64,000 bases of DNA, from the NCBI RefSeq assembly GCF_001447785.1, contig NW_015175996.1, positions 417,458 to 481,457 on the forward strand, read 5' to 3'. Source of the stretch: Gekko japonicus. Taxonomy: Eukaryota. Shown in pieces: positions 24,087 through 37,473 of this stretch. Under the pieces are notes generated by a model. That model had not been told where the DNA came from, did no database searches, and saw nothing but the letters and a program-made list of their open reading frames with translations. The stretch's first letter is position 1. Each line of letters starts with the position of its first letter. A program made the translations under genes and the position numbers.

Positions 24087-25016
24087 AAACAATAATAAAA
24101 ATGTGTAAAAGACCACAATTTAAAATCTCCGGGCTATCAATAAATAATAAACTAAGTCAAATACAGTCCTAAATAAAACTATCTGCAATTACCTCCTGAA
24201 CATTGAAAGTCAGGAGGCTAGCCATACCTCCCTAGGGATGTTATTCCATAATTGTGGGGCAGTCACTAAAAAGGCCCCCTTTTGTGTGCCCACCTGTAGT
24301 GACCTCAAGCTGTTGAGGTCCAAAGTATTATCTGGGAAAGAACCCCTCCCCCAGGTAGTTGCAGTGCTTCAAACTGATCAAACAATACAAGCCCTCATAA
24401 TCCCTGGCAAACCTGACAGAAAACACATAGGATCTGGGATCTTATTGCACCAGAAGTGAACCACATCAGTTTAAAATATAAGAAAAGGATTTAAATAAAA
24501 AGTAAAAAAAAAGATTTCCAGACTATAATATGGAGAAAAAACAAACAAACAGAAAACCTAACTGGAACTATGTAACACCTAACTCCAAAAGTAATTGCAA
24601 ACAGCTGAAGATTTTTTTGTTGTGAGGTAGGTACTTACAAATGTCCATAAGGAATCCAGGACAAAAAAGTGGGGTTCCAGCTGCAGCCTACAAAGCAACA
24701 TATTTCTCCTTAAGGCACAGTAGCCCTGCTCCCTCATTTCTTAGAACAACTAACCGACTACCATTATACTCTTGTATACTCCTAGAACATGGCATGGATT
24801 AGGTAAATGTTCTCAAAAGGTGATGTTATGGTTTCCCCTGACAGGTTCTTACAGTCCTACTAATTGGAAAACAATCCTAAACCCAACCACTACCTTGAAC
24901 CCATAAAGATGGTACAAGGAGAATACAGGAATTGATCTATTCCCACCAGAATATAGGCTACAGGTGCAAATAACAATTGCAGTTATTTTAGCTACCCAAC
25001 TTGTTAACCTTTAAAC

Positions 25017-25700
25017 TGTTGGAAATATGTGATTGTTGCAAGGACTAATTCAGTCATTATAGGGTTAATCTATTTACCTTGTGTGCTATTGTTTAAACTT
25101 ACCTGGAAGGGAAATCTGGCACAGAGCCAATGGGAACAGAGCCCAGGAAACTGAATCGTATTTACTAACAATCATTGGTTAATGCTAGGCTTACCAAGTG
25201 GCGGCGGGGGATCCGCATGTCTTCACAGGATCCCTGCCGCGGTGATGGTGATACGTGGTGCACCTGCCGTCGCCAGGATGTGACGCAACGTGTCGCTCTG
25301 GCAACGGGGATGTTTGGAGTCCCGTTGCCAGAGCGACGCGTAGCATCACATCCTGGCGACGGCGGGTGCACCACGTATCGCCGTCCCCGCGGCAGGGATC
25401 CTGTGAAGACATGTGGATCCCCCACCGCCACTTGGTAAGCCTAGTTAATGCATTCAAGTGATTTCTTTCTAGGGGTCAAGAATAATAATAATCTCCTTTG
25501 CAGTTGTGAGACTGTGTGGTCAGTCTGTTCTGTAGCTGTAGAGATGTAGTCTTAGGTCTTTGTTAATTTTGTAGATTTTACTGCGTACCCTTCCCTTAGA
25601 AATAAAGATTTTTACACAGAAAGAAATGCCTCATCTCCAGTGAAGCAAAGATCCATTGCAAACTCTGAATATCTAAGTATTTTTGCCAATTTTTCCAAAA
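25017..25700 (+). mobile_element. Solo LTR of the same family as 11784-12210, carrying a MITE insertion
   Basis: Colinear similarity (tgttggaaat, agtcattatagggttaa, acctggaagggaaa, aataaag, agcaaagatccattg). TSD not evident. Confidence 0.75.
25186..25443. mobile_element. 258-bp fold-back (palindromic) hAT-like MITE
   Basis: Arms of ~124 bp with ~9 mismatches and 1 indel around a ~9-nt loop. Perfect 8-bp TSD gttaatgc (25178-25185, 25444-25451). Confidence 0.92.
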
Positions 25701-26811
25701 TATTCATCACTTCAATGGGGAGGGAAAACCAACACCTCTACACCACCAGAAGAGTTTTCTTTGATTGGTGGAACAGTCAGAGAGGTCTCTCACTGTAATA
25801 TTAATTTCTGGGCAGGAACATATGTAAAAAGACTATACTTTAGATACCCCTGTCCCAAGCCATGTAAGGATTTAAAGGATAAAACCAATGCTTTAAACTG
25901 GGCTCAGGAGCGGCTGGGTAGCCAGTGTAATTGCTGTACTATTAGGGACAGCTACAAATGATCAGCAGTCCTGATAGCTAGCAAAGATCAGCAGTCTAGC
26001 CTCAGCATTCTACACCAGCTGCAGTTTCCAAACACTTTTCAATGGTAGCCCTAAGTAGAACACATTGCAACAGTCCAGTCTAGATATAACTGACACATGG
26101 ATCATTGTGGCTAGATCCAACTGAACAGTCACAGCTGATGCACCAGCAGAAGCTAGTCAAAAGCACTCCAAGCCATCGAAGCCACCTGGTTTTTTTAGGT
26201 GATTGCTGTGTCAAGCAGCACCTGGCTTTTCAAGGTGAGTATAATCTTATCCAAGACAGGAAGGATCTCAAGTCCCTGGTTTGCCTTTCTACTAACCCAG
26301 AATGATTAAGTTTCAGCTTGTTCACCCTCATCCAGCCCATTATTGACTCCAAGCACTGGTTCAGAACATCAATAGCATTCTTGGAATTAGTGGTTATCAT
26401 CTTACTGGGAACCATGATACTTCTTCTAAGTGTTGCTAAACATCGTAGACAGCATAGAACAGCAAACAAAACAGCAAATTCTAGAAGATGCATAAAGATT
26501 TATCATGAAACACATTAAGCCCCAATGTATTTCAAGCCATAGTACTTCCTTCAGAAATGATAGCAGATTAATGAATTCAAAAGTTCTATAAAGGCATGCA
26601 TTCTTCCTAAATGTGTTTCTAACAGAAATGTCAGATTGTTATTTTATGATTAACAGATCAGATTCCTTTGAAGGAATGCATATAAAACATGCAACTGCTT
26701 AGAGATTGGCCTGATCTAGACAAAGTAAATTGAACAAGTGTGGAGCATTGCCTTAGTGCAAGATACAAGGATGATCCATTCAGGAAAAACTGTTACTTGA
26801 GTTTGCGTGCC

Positions 26812-27166
26812 TGTCAGGGGCTTCAGTCAATCACACTCAACAACGTTCCTTCAGAAGTTTCAGTTTATTGAGAGTGAGTACTTAAGACACCATGAACCTC
26901 TGTGTCAGAAATGGAGGGATAGCAAAAGGAACCCCAGATATACCCCCTTTATACAAGACCCCTTGATATGGAACGACCAATGAGCAAGCACCTGGGAATG
27001 CGGCCAAAGAGCAACGGTTACATTCCCAGCAGGAAGCTAGGAGCAGGCAATACACAGCTTCAAGGACACTACTATGATAACAGCTCAAGACATAAAGAAG
27101 CAGGGAAGGGGAGTGAGACATGAACAGCAACCCACACATTCCATTACATGGCAGCCTTAGCTGACA
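26812..27166 (-). mobile_element. Solo LTR (355 bp)
   Basis: TGTCAG...CTGACA termini, TSD gtgcc/ttgcc, TATA and AATAAA on the minus strand. Confidence 0.7.
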
Positions 27167-27926
27167 TTGCCCAGGAGCCATTCTAAAAGCCATTTTTCAG
27201 ATATTAAAATAATAGTGGAACCACGTCTCTTTTTTTATTTGCTTGTGTATTCCCATTTTTTAATGGTATTAGTAAATATTCATTTAGAAATTTGGTGTGG
27301 TGTGCACAACAGTAGCTGCTTCTCATCATTATGCAACATCATCCAATGTTCCCTCTAAGCTCAACAGTGTTGTGAGCAAAAATTCTACCTTGTGAGCAAA
27401 AAAAGCTAGTAGCGTTAAAGTTGTGAGCGAGTCTACATTTGACTATCACATAAATTAATTTTTAAATTATTTCCATAACCTTGTAAAAGTTTCAGAATGA
27501 ATTCTTCTAAACTATATTTAAACTATACTTATTTAAACATTTAAACATTATAAGAGAAAACAGAATCAAGTCAAATTTCATTACAGGAAATATTGTCCTC
27601 TATAGGGGTAGACCAGGCCTCCAGAAAATAGGTCTACCCACCTGTCTGGACCAAGGACAGTCCCTCTCCCGTTCTCAAGCACTGAACTCACAGCCACATG
27701 GGGGCCTTGGGGTTCTCACCGGGTCCTGGTCCTTTGTTGAGGCTTTTTGCTTCTGGGTTCCCTTCAAGGATGTAAGCAGACACTCAGCAAATACTCCAAA
27801 CACAGCAGATTAAAAACCACTTCTGCCTTTATTCAATCATTCAAGCAATAAAGAGTGTTTGCTATGCAGGAATCACTCTTAAATCACAACAATGGCCAAA
27901 AAAACCCCCTCCAACTACTTGTGCTG

Positions 27927-28710
27927 AGGTGCAAGGATTATACGACTTGGCAAAAGAATAGAGGGGATAAGCAGGGAGAGAACAGAAATTGATGAAATAT
28001 TAAGCAGAAGACAAGTAAAAGAAAAAGGGATAGCGGGGGCGTTATATAAAATGATGGTAAGAGATAAGGAGAGGATGATAAGGATCATACAGAATAAATG
28101 TGAGGGAGAAGGGTTAATGCATCAGGAAGTGATTCAAGAAATAATGAAAGGTAAAAATCAAATTAAAATAGATAGAGATAAAGAATTGGTGAGGAAATTT
28201 ATATGGAAGTGGTATAGAACTCCGGCTCAGATAGCGTATATGATTAAAGGAATGAATCCAAAGTGTTGGCACTGTGGCCAAGAAGTAGGTCTATATGCCC
28301 ATATGTGGTGGGAATGCAAAGTGGTTAAGGAATTTTGGCAAAAGATTGTAAGGGTTATCTTTGATTTATTTCAAGTTAATATAGAGATTAATAGGGACTT
28401 GCCTATTTTTGGAATATTGGGAAATAAAAAAGTGGAAATAAATAAACGGGAGTTATATAAAATTATGGTTTTAGCCGGGATGGCTGTAATAGCATTGGGA
28501 TGGAGGGACAGGCACAAATGGACAATGGAAAAATGGGTGGAAAGGGGGGAAGCCAATCCAAATATCCAAATATGAATGAAGAATTTGTGCACATGGTTAA
28601 AAATATGAAGATACTATAAGGAGGGAGGGGGAGGGGGTAAAATGATTGTACAATGATTTAATGTAAGATTATGTATATAAGCTTTAATAATAAAAAAATT
28701 TTTAAAAAGG
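27927..28710 (+). mobile_element. L1 3' fragment (ORF2 C-terminal zinc knuckle), related to the L1 at 7749-9620
   Basis: ORF 28051-28575 with CWHC...H.WWEC, AATAAA and A tail, 15-bp TSD caactacttgtgctg (27912-27926, 28711-28725). Confidence 0.9.
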
Positions 28711-28725
28711 CAACTACTTGTGCTG

Positions 28726-29618
28726 GGCAGAGGCTGAATCTCTGAGACATCAAGTACTTGCAAGCTTCCCTCCACCGGATACGGAATCTATATGGGAAAA
28801 AATATGGACTTCACCGAGTATAACATCAAAATCATTAAACATAAGAGCTCAAGCCCTCAAATTATTGTTAAGATGGTACTACACGCCTTTGAAATTGCAT
28901 CAAATAAATGAAGAATACTAACCTTTATGTTGGAGAGGCTGTAATGAAACTGCTAATTATATCCATTGTTGGTGGTCCTGTAAGAAAGTAAAACAATTTT
29001 GGTTAATCATAAAACAAGCCATTAAAGAAATAACAACTATTGATATACCTTTAAACCCTGATGTGATGTTGCTTGATATATGGCAAGACATCAAAATTCC
29101 CCTTATATATAAGGACCTTATCTCTACATTATTGATGGCAGCGAAATCGGTGATAGCCATTAATTGGAAAAGTACTATTTCTTTAACATTACATCAATGG
29201 TATATGAAGGTATGGGAGTATTATACAATGGAAAAGATAATGACATCTCTACCCCCAACTAACAGTTTTGAGAAGCAATCAATGTTTTATTCAAAATGGA
29301 TAAGCTTTATAGAAGCAACAATAGATAAATCTATTATTCCAGTCTCTTCTGTACCGCAACGCTATAAAGAAATAATTGCACCTGTTAGTTTTAGTTCAAA
29401 AATATAATGGTTTGGTTAGTTGTTAATAAATGTTAAGTTAGTAGATTAAGTAATGTTGATTTACTTAATTTGTCTTTTCTTTTTCAGTTTATAGATCACT
29501 GTGTATTCTTTTTTGAATAGCAAATAATTATTGTTAGAGTATTTTGAATATGTATTAAGTTGAACAACTATGTTATTTCATTGTTGTAAGTTGAATAAAA
29601 AATTACAAATAAAAAAAA
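28726..29618 (+). mobile_element. Second L1 3' fragment, different family
   Basis: RWYYTPLKLH, CWRGC...HCWWSC and ORF 29063-29407; AATAAA and A tail at ~29594-29618. Confidence 0.88.
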
Positions 29619-29777
29619 TACCACCAGTCACCAAGGCCTTGGCGTATGTATGATTATTGTTAGAGTATTTTGAATATGTATCAAGTTGAACAATTATGTT
29701 ATTTCATTGTTGTAAGTTTGAATAAAAAAATTACAAATAAAAAAATACCACCAGTCGCCAAGGCCTTGGCGTATGTA
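29527..29777 (+). repeat. ~126-bp tandem duplication spanning an L1 poly(A) junction
   Basis: attattgttagag...ggcgtatgta occurs at both 29527 and 29653. Confidence 0.9.
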
Positions 29778-30289
29778 CGTACCCTCTGGTATCACTGCCC
29801 CCCCTCATAGCTAGCTGACAACCAGATAAGAGCATCTTATTCCCTGGTCAAGGCCACCAGGTGCTTTTAATTAATGCTCAGCCCAAACAGGCTGTGACCA
29901 ACCTGTAAAAACTTACAGCTTGATCACACTTAATGAAAGCCTCGAGATCTGTAAGTTCTGAGCCTTAAACCTCCCCCACTCCATCGACACGGCCAAGAGA
30001 CCGTGGCGATGGAGTCACATGAAGAATGAAAAATAATAACCAACTACAAAGCAACCATCATACACAAACCAAGTAACAATATATGCAAAAGTAACAAAGT
30101 TAATAATAACAATAAAATTTAAAACCATTAAAAGGTCAAATTAAACATGGCATTTTTCAGCAGTATGAAACTGGGAATACATAAATCAGCATGGTAACAA
30201 AACAAATTTTCTGACATCTATACAAAAATCAGCTAAGGTGATCTCTCTTCCCTTTAGCATGGATGACATTGAAGGAGAATCCTGGGAGG

Positions 30290-31002
30290 GGTCAGGGCTA
30301 TTAAAGTTTAAATCCCCCCAGTCATGCCGCAAAGGCAGCACACTCCCTTCTTTGAAGGGAAAGCAATTTGCCTTCCCTTCAGTGAAGGAAGCCTGCTGCC
30401 CCCCAAGCTGGCCCCCCTGCATTCCCTGGCCCGCCCGCCAAAGCAGATGAGCCAGGTAAGGCCTGCAGAGCCCCCTCTGCCTTCCCTGGCTCACCCGCCA
30501 AGGTGGGCGAGCCAGGAAAGGACCAAGAGGGCACAGGGAGGTATTTAAATGCCTTCCCCATGCCTTAAATGCCTTCCCCATGCCTTCCCCAGCTTGCCTG
30601 CCAAAGCAGATGAGCCGGGGAAGGCATGAAGACCCCCCCCACATGCTGAGGCAGGCGAGCCAGGAAAGGCCATGGAGGGTGCAGGGAGGCAGTTAAACAT
30701 CTCCCTGTGCCTTCCACGGCCTGCTCACCAAAGCGGACAAGCCGGGGAAGGCCTGCAGAGGCCCCTGCTTTTCACCCAGGCGGGTGAGCTGGGAAAGGCC
30801 CCCTGCCTCCCCCTCACCCAGCAAAGGGATATACGGCATCTATTTGGCATCCATTCGAATATACAGCATCCATTCGGGGAATCCCTGTTCAGCCATCCAA
30901 ATCAGATTAGAGAATCTGATTCGGCTTTCGGGAGGCCAAATAATGCCGAATAGGCATTGTTCAGGGTTTTTTTGGTTCGTTCGAACCAAATGCACATCCC
31001 TA
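30290..31002. mobile_element. Partial TAGGGATGTGCA-type DNA transposon with internal GC-rich repeats
   Basis: Ends ...ttcgaaccaaatgcacatcccta, with repeated attcgg/ccgaa subterminal motifs. Left TIR not found. Confidence 0.55.
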
Positions 31003-31290
31003 CAGGTGAGTCCTGTGAGTTTGTCATTTGGAGGATCAGATTCTTTCCGATTTAGTAGGAGAGTGGCTGGATCCAACGAGAGTTCCAGGGATGTGATCTT
31101 GTTTGTTTCTTCTAGGATTTGTTTCCAGAACTTCTGAATAGATTGGCAGGTCCACCAGCAGTGGAGGAAGTCACCATGTTCACCACAGCGTTTCCAGCAG
31201 AGTGGACTGTAAGTAGCATTCATATGATGCAGCCTTACCGGTGTGTGGTACCAACGGGTACCAACCTGCGCATTTTCAAAGCTATGTCAG
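31003..31290 (-). mobile_element. L1 ORF2 zinc-knuckle fragment
   Basis: CWKRCGEHGDFLHCWWTCQSIQKFW in ORF 30840-31223. Confidence 0.8.
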
Positions 31291-34200
31291 TATATAGTGA
31301 CACAGGCCTGGTTTGCAATCTCCCCCCAAAAAACATGTATGTACATGCATTATGCACATGCATAAATCCCTTCTAAGGAATTAATATTTAAAGACACTGT
31401 GGCTCAAAGCTCCAGTCATGATTTGTAGGAGCCTGATTATCTTGTGTGTTGGTTAAATGCATTAAGTTCTCTGGAGAGTTACATCTAAATAAAGCTTTCT
31501 GTAATCACCAACAGAGATTAGTTAATGCAACACCAGTGCAAATGGGGATTCTCCAATCCATCACCTTTCAAGAGCTGGCTTTATTTATTAAACACAGACA
31601 ATTTAACAAGAGGGAAATAGCTTTCTTGGCACTGCTATCAGGAGCCTCTCCCTGCCCTTCTTTTTCATTTCCTATTGCTTAAAATTCATTATGGGGGAAA
31701 ACATGCTGGCCATACCAGAAGCACTTCAGCTGAGTTACTCAAAGTTTAACTGTCATTTGTTCTTGCATTGTACTCAACAATTGTGCCTGAGCAATGGGAG
31801 GAGAAAAGTCAAGGACAGAAAGGTCTTCTCTGTGACTTCACAATCCCCTTCATTCCTACTGCTCTGATAATAACCTGCTAATTGCTTGGTAGTCTATTTG
31901 CTGCCCCTTCCACTAATGACTGTTTGGTGTTGTGCTCCTACAACTGTACCCACCCATCCTTGGCTTGCTCTCCTGCTGCTCTCTTCACAAGCTGTCTGCC
32001 AGGTGTCGCTTGCCTGTAGTCCTCTCCCCATGCTGTTCATCAGATAATGGGCTGCTCTCATACAGACAGCTTCACAATGGCTTCCTGCAGCCTCTTTAAT
32101 CTAGGCTGAGTGACAGGTATTGCTCTACTGCCCAATTCACCTAGTGATATTTCCCAAGTGAATAATTTTGATGCTCTTCACTTGTATTTAGAATAATTGT
32201 CTGTCTATCTCATTGCACACAAATTGGTCCGGGCTCGTTTTACAACATTTAATGACACATAATCTTTAATTTTGGGATTTTTTTCCTGAAAATTTCCTAA
32301 AAGACTCACTATGCAATCCTAATCAGGATTGCACACTAATCAAAATGATACCCTTGGAGTCAATTGCTTTATGATAGACCTCTGGTTAGGATTGCACTGC
32401 TAATATCTTCAGTGAGGGCTTTCGTTGAATGAGGGCCCCCTCCCCCTTAATTAGTACTCAAATTATCCAATGTAGTCAGTTGTTAACTTTATGCTAATCA
32501 ATACGAAATGTCAGCATTAGTATTTTGGACTTTATTTCAATGTACACAAAAAAGTTTGTTTTGAATTTCAAAGGGGTTTTGACTCCTCAAGATTGATTGT
32601 GAACAGACTTGACAGACTTGAGGCAGAGGAGAACTTGCTGACAGGAGCAGCAGAGAAGCGGAGGTCTGCCAGGGCTACACAAAGGTCAAGCAGAAGGAAT
32701 CCCTTGAATAGATGCACTCAAGGCGACATTTGATTGGAACATGCCAGTTTATATTGTCTACCATCTGCAAAAACCCAGAGACACTTTCTAGCATTAGAAA
32801 GTGCTGTGCTTATTTCTCATCTAATACATTTCTAATTATTAGGCATTTTTCTCTAGTAAATATATTTCAGTTTGAGATTGAGAGTTTTGTTTGTGGTTCA
32901 GAATGTATTTTTTTCTACATCCAATGGCTTATGACACTATCAGTAGAATCCTGCGAACACTTTCCTGGGAGTAAGCCCTATTTAATAGATCTGAGTAGGA
33001 TTCTGAGTAGCCTGTTTGGGATTGTTCTGTGACTTGTCTACTTACACATTCTTCCTTGTGTGCGTGTGTGTAATGTTTAGCCAACTGTATAGGATTTGTG
33101 ATGGTAGTAGCATACAGCCTAGGCCAGAAGAGGTTTATAAAGCTTTGTGCTCTAAATTAGATTTCCAGAACACATAACTGTAGAGAAAATTCTGGTGGTG
33201 GCAAAAAAACCTCTGGTCAAATTTCTGGGCACAAGAAAGTTTGCAGCACCTTTATCAGTAGCTGCTGCAGTCATTTTTTCATGAATATTAAGGTCTGAAC
33301 TATGACTTGTTAAAACAGTCAGAGTAACAATATCAAAAGTAGCGCTCTATGTGTTATTACATGCTCATGTATCCATAGTATGCCTTTGTGTCCCCACCCC
33401 TGACTAGTAAATTATTCGGCCAATATGATAATAACATATTATGGGTAAATGATATGGCCCATGACCATGAGACACAGGGAAACTGCCAACAGGAATCTGT
33501 TTTCAAGAACTACCCTGGGTAACATGTAGCTTGGTCCTAAGGGATTACTCACGTCTTTCTCTGATTTCTGAAATAACTTCAGTGACAGGATGGCTGTGTA
33601 ATGATGGAGGGTGTACCAGCAACTGCTTCTCAATGGTGTGATAGCATTAACAGCAATGTTGTCAGAAGTTAATGTATCTGAGACATTTATACAGCATGTG
33701 CTTTCATTGCATATTGAGAATACTTGTTTTTTTAAAAAAGTGTTGCTTGAGGAGACCTTATAAAACCTGATTTTAAGCTGAGGAGAAAACTATCTGAAAA
33801 TGCCGCAAGAAATGTTTATATCCACAAAAGAATTTTCAGCAAGGTATCACTTTCAGATACCTTTCCCGTTCTGCCTTTCTATTCAGAGATGCCTGTCACT
33901 AGGCAGAGATTTCTTCTTTTGAAGGAATACGCATTTACATGTGAATTTGTAGCACTGCAATCCTAAACAGAACTGCATCCTTCCAAGTGCATTGACTTCA
34001 ATAGATTTAGAAGGGTATAACTCTGTTTAGGAACACACGATCAGAATACTAGTCCAGAGATTATTCAACAGAGGTGCTTTAATGTTACCAAAAACAACAG
34101 TGCCTGCATGCTGACACAGCCCCAACTGACTTTTTTTTTAACCATTTGAAGGGTTCTTCTATAAGGAAGGCTTTGTTTTACCTTGAAAATAAGCAATCGC

Positions 34201-35967
34201 TTTACTTCATCCCCTGAAGAGAGAGCTCTGTGAGAATCAGTGAAGTGAAAATGAGCAAAGTTATATTGATGTACAGTTCCTGGTATGCCTAGGGACACTG
34301 TGAGTTACATTTTCCTTCCTTTCTTCCAAAACTAATTCCAAAATTAACTCAGATTGCCTGTTAAAAAAGGTCAGCAATACATTTTATACAGATTAATGTG
34401 GCAAAGTAAGATAGGAGATGGATAGTTATTTCCTGGATGACCCTGATATGTGGGAGTAGGAAGAGCTGCGTTGTAATAAAACAATAAGTTGCACATTTCC
34501 CCATGAATTATGTGATCTAGATCCTTTGGACATTTTGGAAACATTTCAGCCAGAAGCAAAGAACCACAGATGTTTACTTGCCTTGTAATTTTATTAGGGG
34601 ACAGATAATGCTTGCAAATCCATTTGTAAAAGCTGCTGTCCAGACTAGCATGCGCAGGTAGAAATGCTATGGAACTCAAGCATCTGCCTTCTGTCATGAA
34701 ATGTGACAAAGAGCATTATAAACTGTCTCCACATTAGAAGTCCACACATGTATCTGTGATGCCGTGCATGTTCTATTTTCAATCACTGATATATTTGTCT
34801 ACCTGCTGTTGATAAAAAAATATAATGGGAGAGGAGAGCCTACAAGTTCTTCTCTCCAGAATGCTTGTGCTTAAGCTCAAGGTTGCAGTTGGTTTTAAAA
34901 GTGTTAGGAAAATATACACATGACTGCTTGCTGCATTTGATTTGGGTCTAAGCAACATGTATGACTATTTATCCTGGGATGATATTTTAATCATAGTATT
35001 TCAGCACTTCCTGGGATACCCTGTTGTGATCTTGGCTGGTCCTCACTCGCTCTTCTACCAACTTTATGACCCCTGCAACTCTTCAATGTCTGGCTCAGTC
35101 TCAAATGAATATCCATTTCTCCCCTACCTTATACCATAGAGGCACGAAGGCCACCAGTTGCCCAACCTGCTCATATATCTGCTTTAGAAACTGAAGGAGA
35201 CAGAAACATAGTTAAATCCAGGAAGAGGAGTAATTAAAGCTCAAAGTAGGAGAAATGGCTACATAAAGGAGAGCACTTTATTTTAATTGTACAGTTTAAT
35301 TAATTCATTTGGTGTTCACAGCAGAAGCATTGATCATAATGAATTAATTTGATATTAATGCGGATGTCATATGTACTTCCACAGGAATTCCACTGTAATT
35401 CAGCATTAGCTAAATGTACCATTAAAAGAAAGTGTTATCCATAAAAAAGCTTTGAATAGCACATTCGAGTTTACTTTATATTCTTTTTTTGCTATTATAG
35501 AATATTTATGGCTTAGAGGGAAAAGAGTGCTTTGAAGCTGTTAACGAGGCATAAAATGTATCCATTTACAAATTTAACATTGTGTAAATTGGCTTGAGTT
35601 TGCCCTTTTATAATCTAAATCTAAGAGAATTAGCTAAGGAGGTGGTACTTCAAGCAATCAGAAACACCAGAAAAGATTGCAGAAATGCATTAAAACTATT
35701 ATAAAATATGATCACCTTTGGGGTTTCTGTGACAGTTGTACATTTTAGATAGTCTCTGCTGCTGTAATAAATTTTAAATACTTTTTTTGCATTCATTCTC
35801 TAATTAACCTGTGAGTAAAATCTGTTTTCTAAAACAGATCTTCTTGATGCTTCTGTCTGTCAAGGAGATTATTTCAGATGATCTTATCCAAACCAGTGTT
35901 TACTTAAAGATAAAATTTCTACATAGAATTTCTATATGCAAAATACATTGAAGATTCTATTCTTTAC

Positions 35968-36450
35968 TGTTTGTGTTATGTCAAGTTGTGTCCAACTTAC
36001 AGTGAACCTATCAATTAATTACCTCCAAAATGTCCTATCATTAACAATCTTGCAAACTGAAGGCCATGGTTCTCTTTATTGTGTTCAACCCATGTCATGT
36101 TCAATCTTCCTCTTTTCCTACTCTTTTTGAGTGACTTGACCAACTACAGTAGCCTCAATGTAGTCAATTTAGTTTCTAGGGAGAATTCAACATTGATTTG
36201 ATTTAGAACCCACTTATTTGTCTTTTTGGTGACCCATGGTGTCCATAAAACTCTCCTACAATGCAACATTTAAAGTGAATCAACTTTCTTCATTGTCCAG
36301 CTTTCATATCCATACCTAATAATGGGGAATACCATTATAGGAATTATCACCTCACCAGTAACGCTCCCTTTCACTTAAGGATCTTTTCTAATTCCTTCAT
36401 GGCTGTCCTTCCAAATCTCAGTTTCCCTCTGATTTCTTGGTTGTAGTTCT
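35968..36450 (-). mobile_element. Old RTE-clade LINE 3' fragment
   Basis: Decayed similarity to the BovB C-terminus (MVFPII.YGYESWT; WTPWVTKKTNKWVLNQI). Confidence 0.65.
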
Positions 36451-37226
36451 TTACTAGTCAGTAGATAAAGTTATGGGGAAAGCTTCATATGCTGATTTTC
36501 TGCTTGCCACCCACCTGTGAAAGACCCAATGTCTGCCAAAAAAGCTTAAAACCTCTGTGCAAGTGCATCTTTGAATAATCATTTTGGGAGAGATTGCCTC
36601 AGTGGCTGAAGGTCAGAATGTATAGCTTTATCTGTTTGTCCACATCTTTCAGACTTGAGATTAGGTTGGAAGGGGAATGCCAAACAAACAGAAAAATCTA
36701 CAGCATGTTTTCAGGCACTTGTATAAAAAGCGTTGCTAGCTTTTGAAATTGAACCCAAGAGCTTTTTTCCAGGCCAAAAAACAAACAAACAAAAAACCCT
36801 AACCTTAAAACTCCATTTGTTAAATCTAGGGATTTCATTTACTGCATATATGGAAACAACAGGCCCTGGAAGGAGACTATTTCCACTCAAATGGTCATTT
36901 TCAAGCTCTGCCAAGGAACTTTGCAGCTAGAAAGTTTGCAACATTTTCAAATAATGGCTTGAGCACAGCTAGGTTTTCATTGGTAGTCTTTACCATGTGT
37001 ATGATTCATATGTCAGCTGAACAAGTCAGTATCTTAATTTCTCCCATTCGATATCTCTCTGCTTCATTTTTTATACACTGAGTTCAACATACCATGAGTA
37101 AAAATGCCTTGCACCCCTGGATTCACCTCACAGAATAATTGGTTTGGCATTCTTTACATGTTCAAAGGGCCATTGTACATGTTAACAACTGGAAAGGGGA
37201 AAGCAAATGAGTCATCTTTCCAGGTG

Positions 37227-37473
37227 TAGGGATGCCAACCTCCAGCTGGGACCTGGGGATTCCCCGGAATTACAGGTCATCTCCAGGTTATAAAGATCAG
37301 TTCCCCTGGAGAAAATGGATGTTTTGGAAGGTGGACTCTATGGCATTGTACCCCACTGAGGTCTCTGTATTCCCCAGGCTCCATTCCCAACTCTCCAGAA
37401 GTTTCTCAACCTGGATCTGGCAACTCTACCCCCTCATCCCCTGCTGGTGGCCAGAGGGGACCTGGCAACCCTA
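37227..37473. mobile_element. TAGGGTTGCCA-family hAT-like MITE
   Basis: tagggatgccaacc...ctggcaacccta termini; multiple copies in this window. Confidence 0.8.

Larger units (their letters stand above)
24090..26395 (-). mobile_element. L2 LINE 3' part, interrupted by a composite insertion at ~24295-25700
   Basis: Minus strand CLESIMGWMRVNKLKLN (ORF 26230-26493) and a KLQLV.NAE motif at ~26000-26030. 3' UTR at ~24090-24294. Confidence 0.7.

Noticed and set aside
25165-25461. Mirror-image ORFs on both strands
   Set aside because: Direct consequence of the palindromic MITE.
26406-26480. Possible minus-strand exon (ag...gtaag) encoding a hydrophobic stretch
   Set aside because: Splicing to the 22790 candidate gives a stop, and there is no other support.
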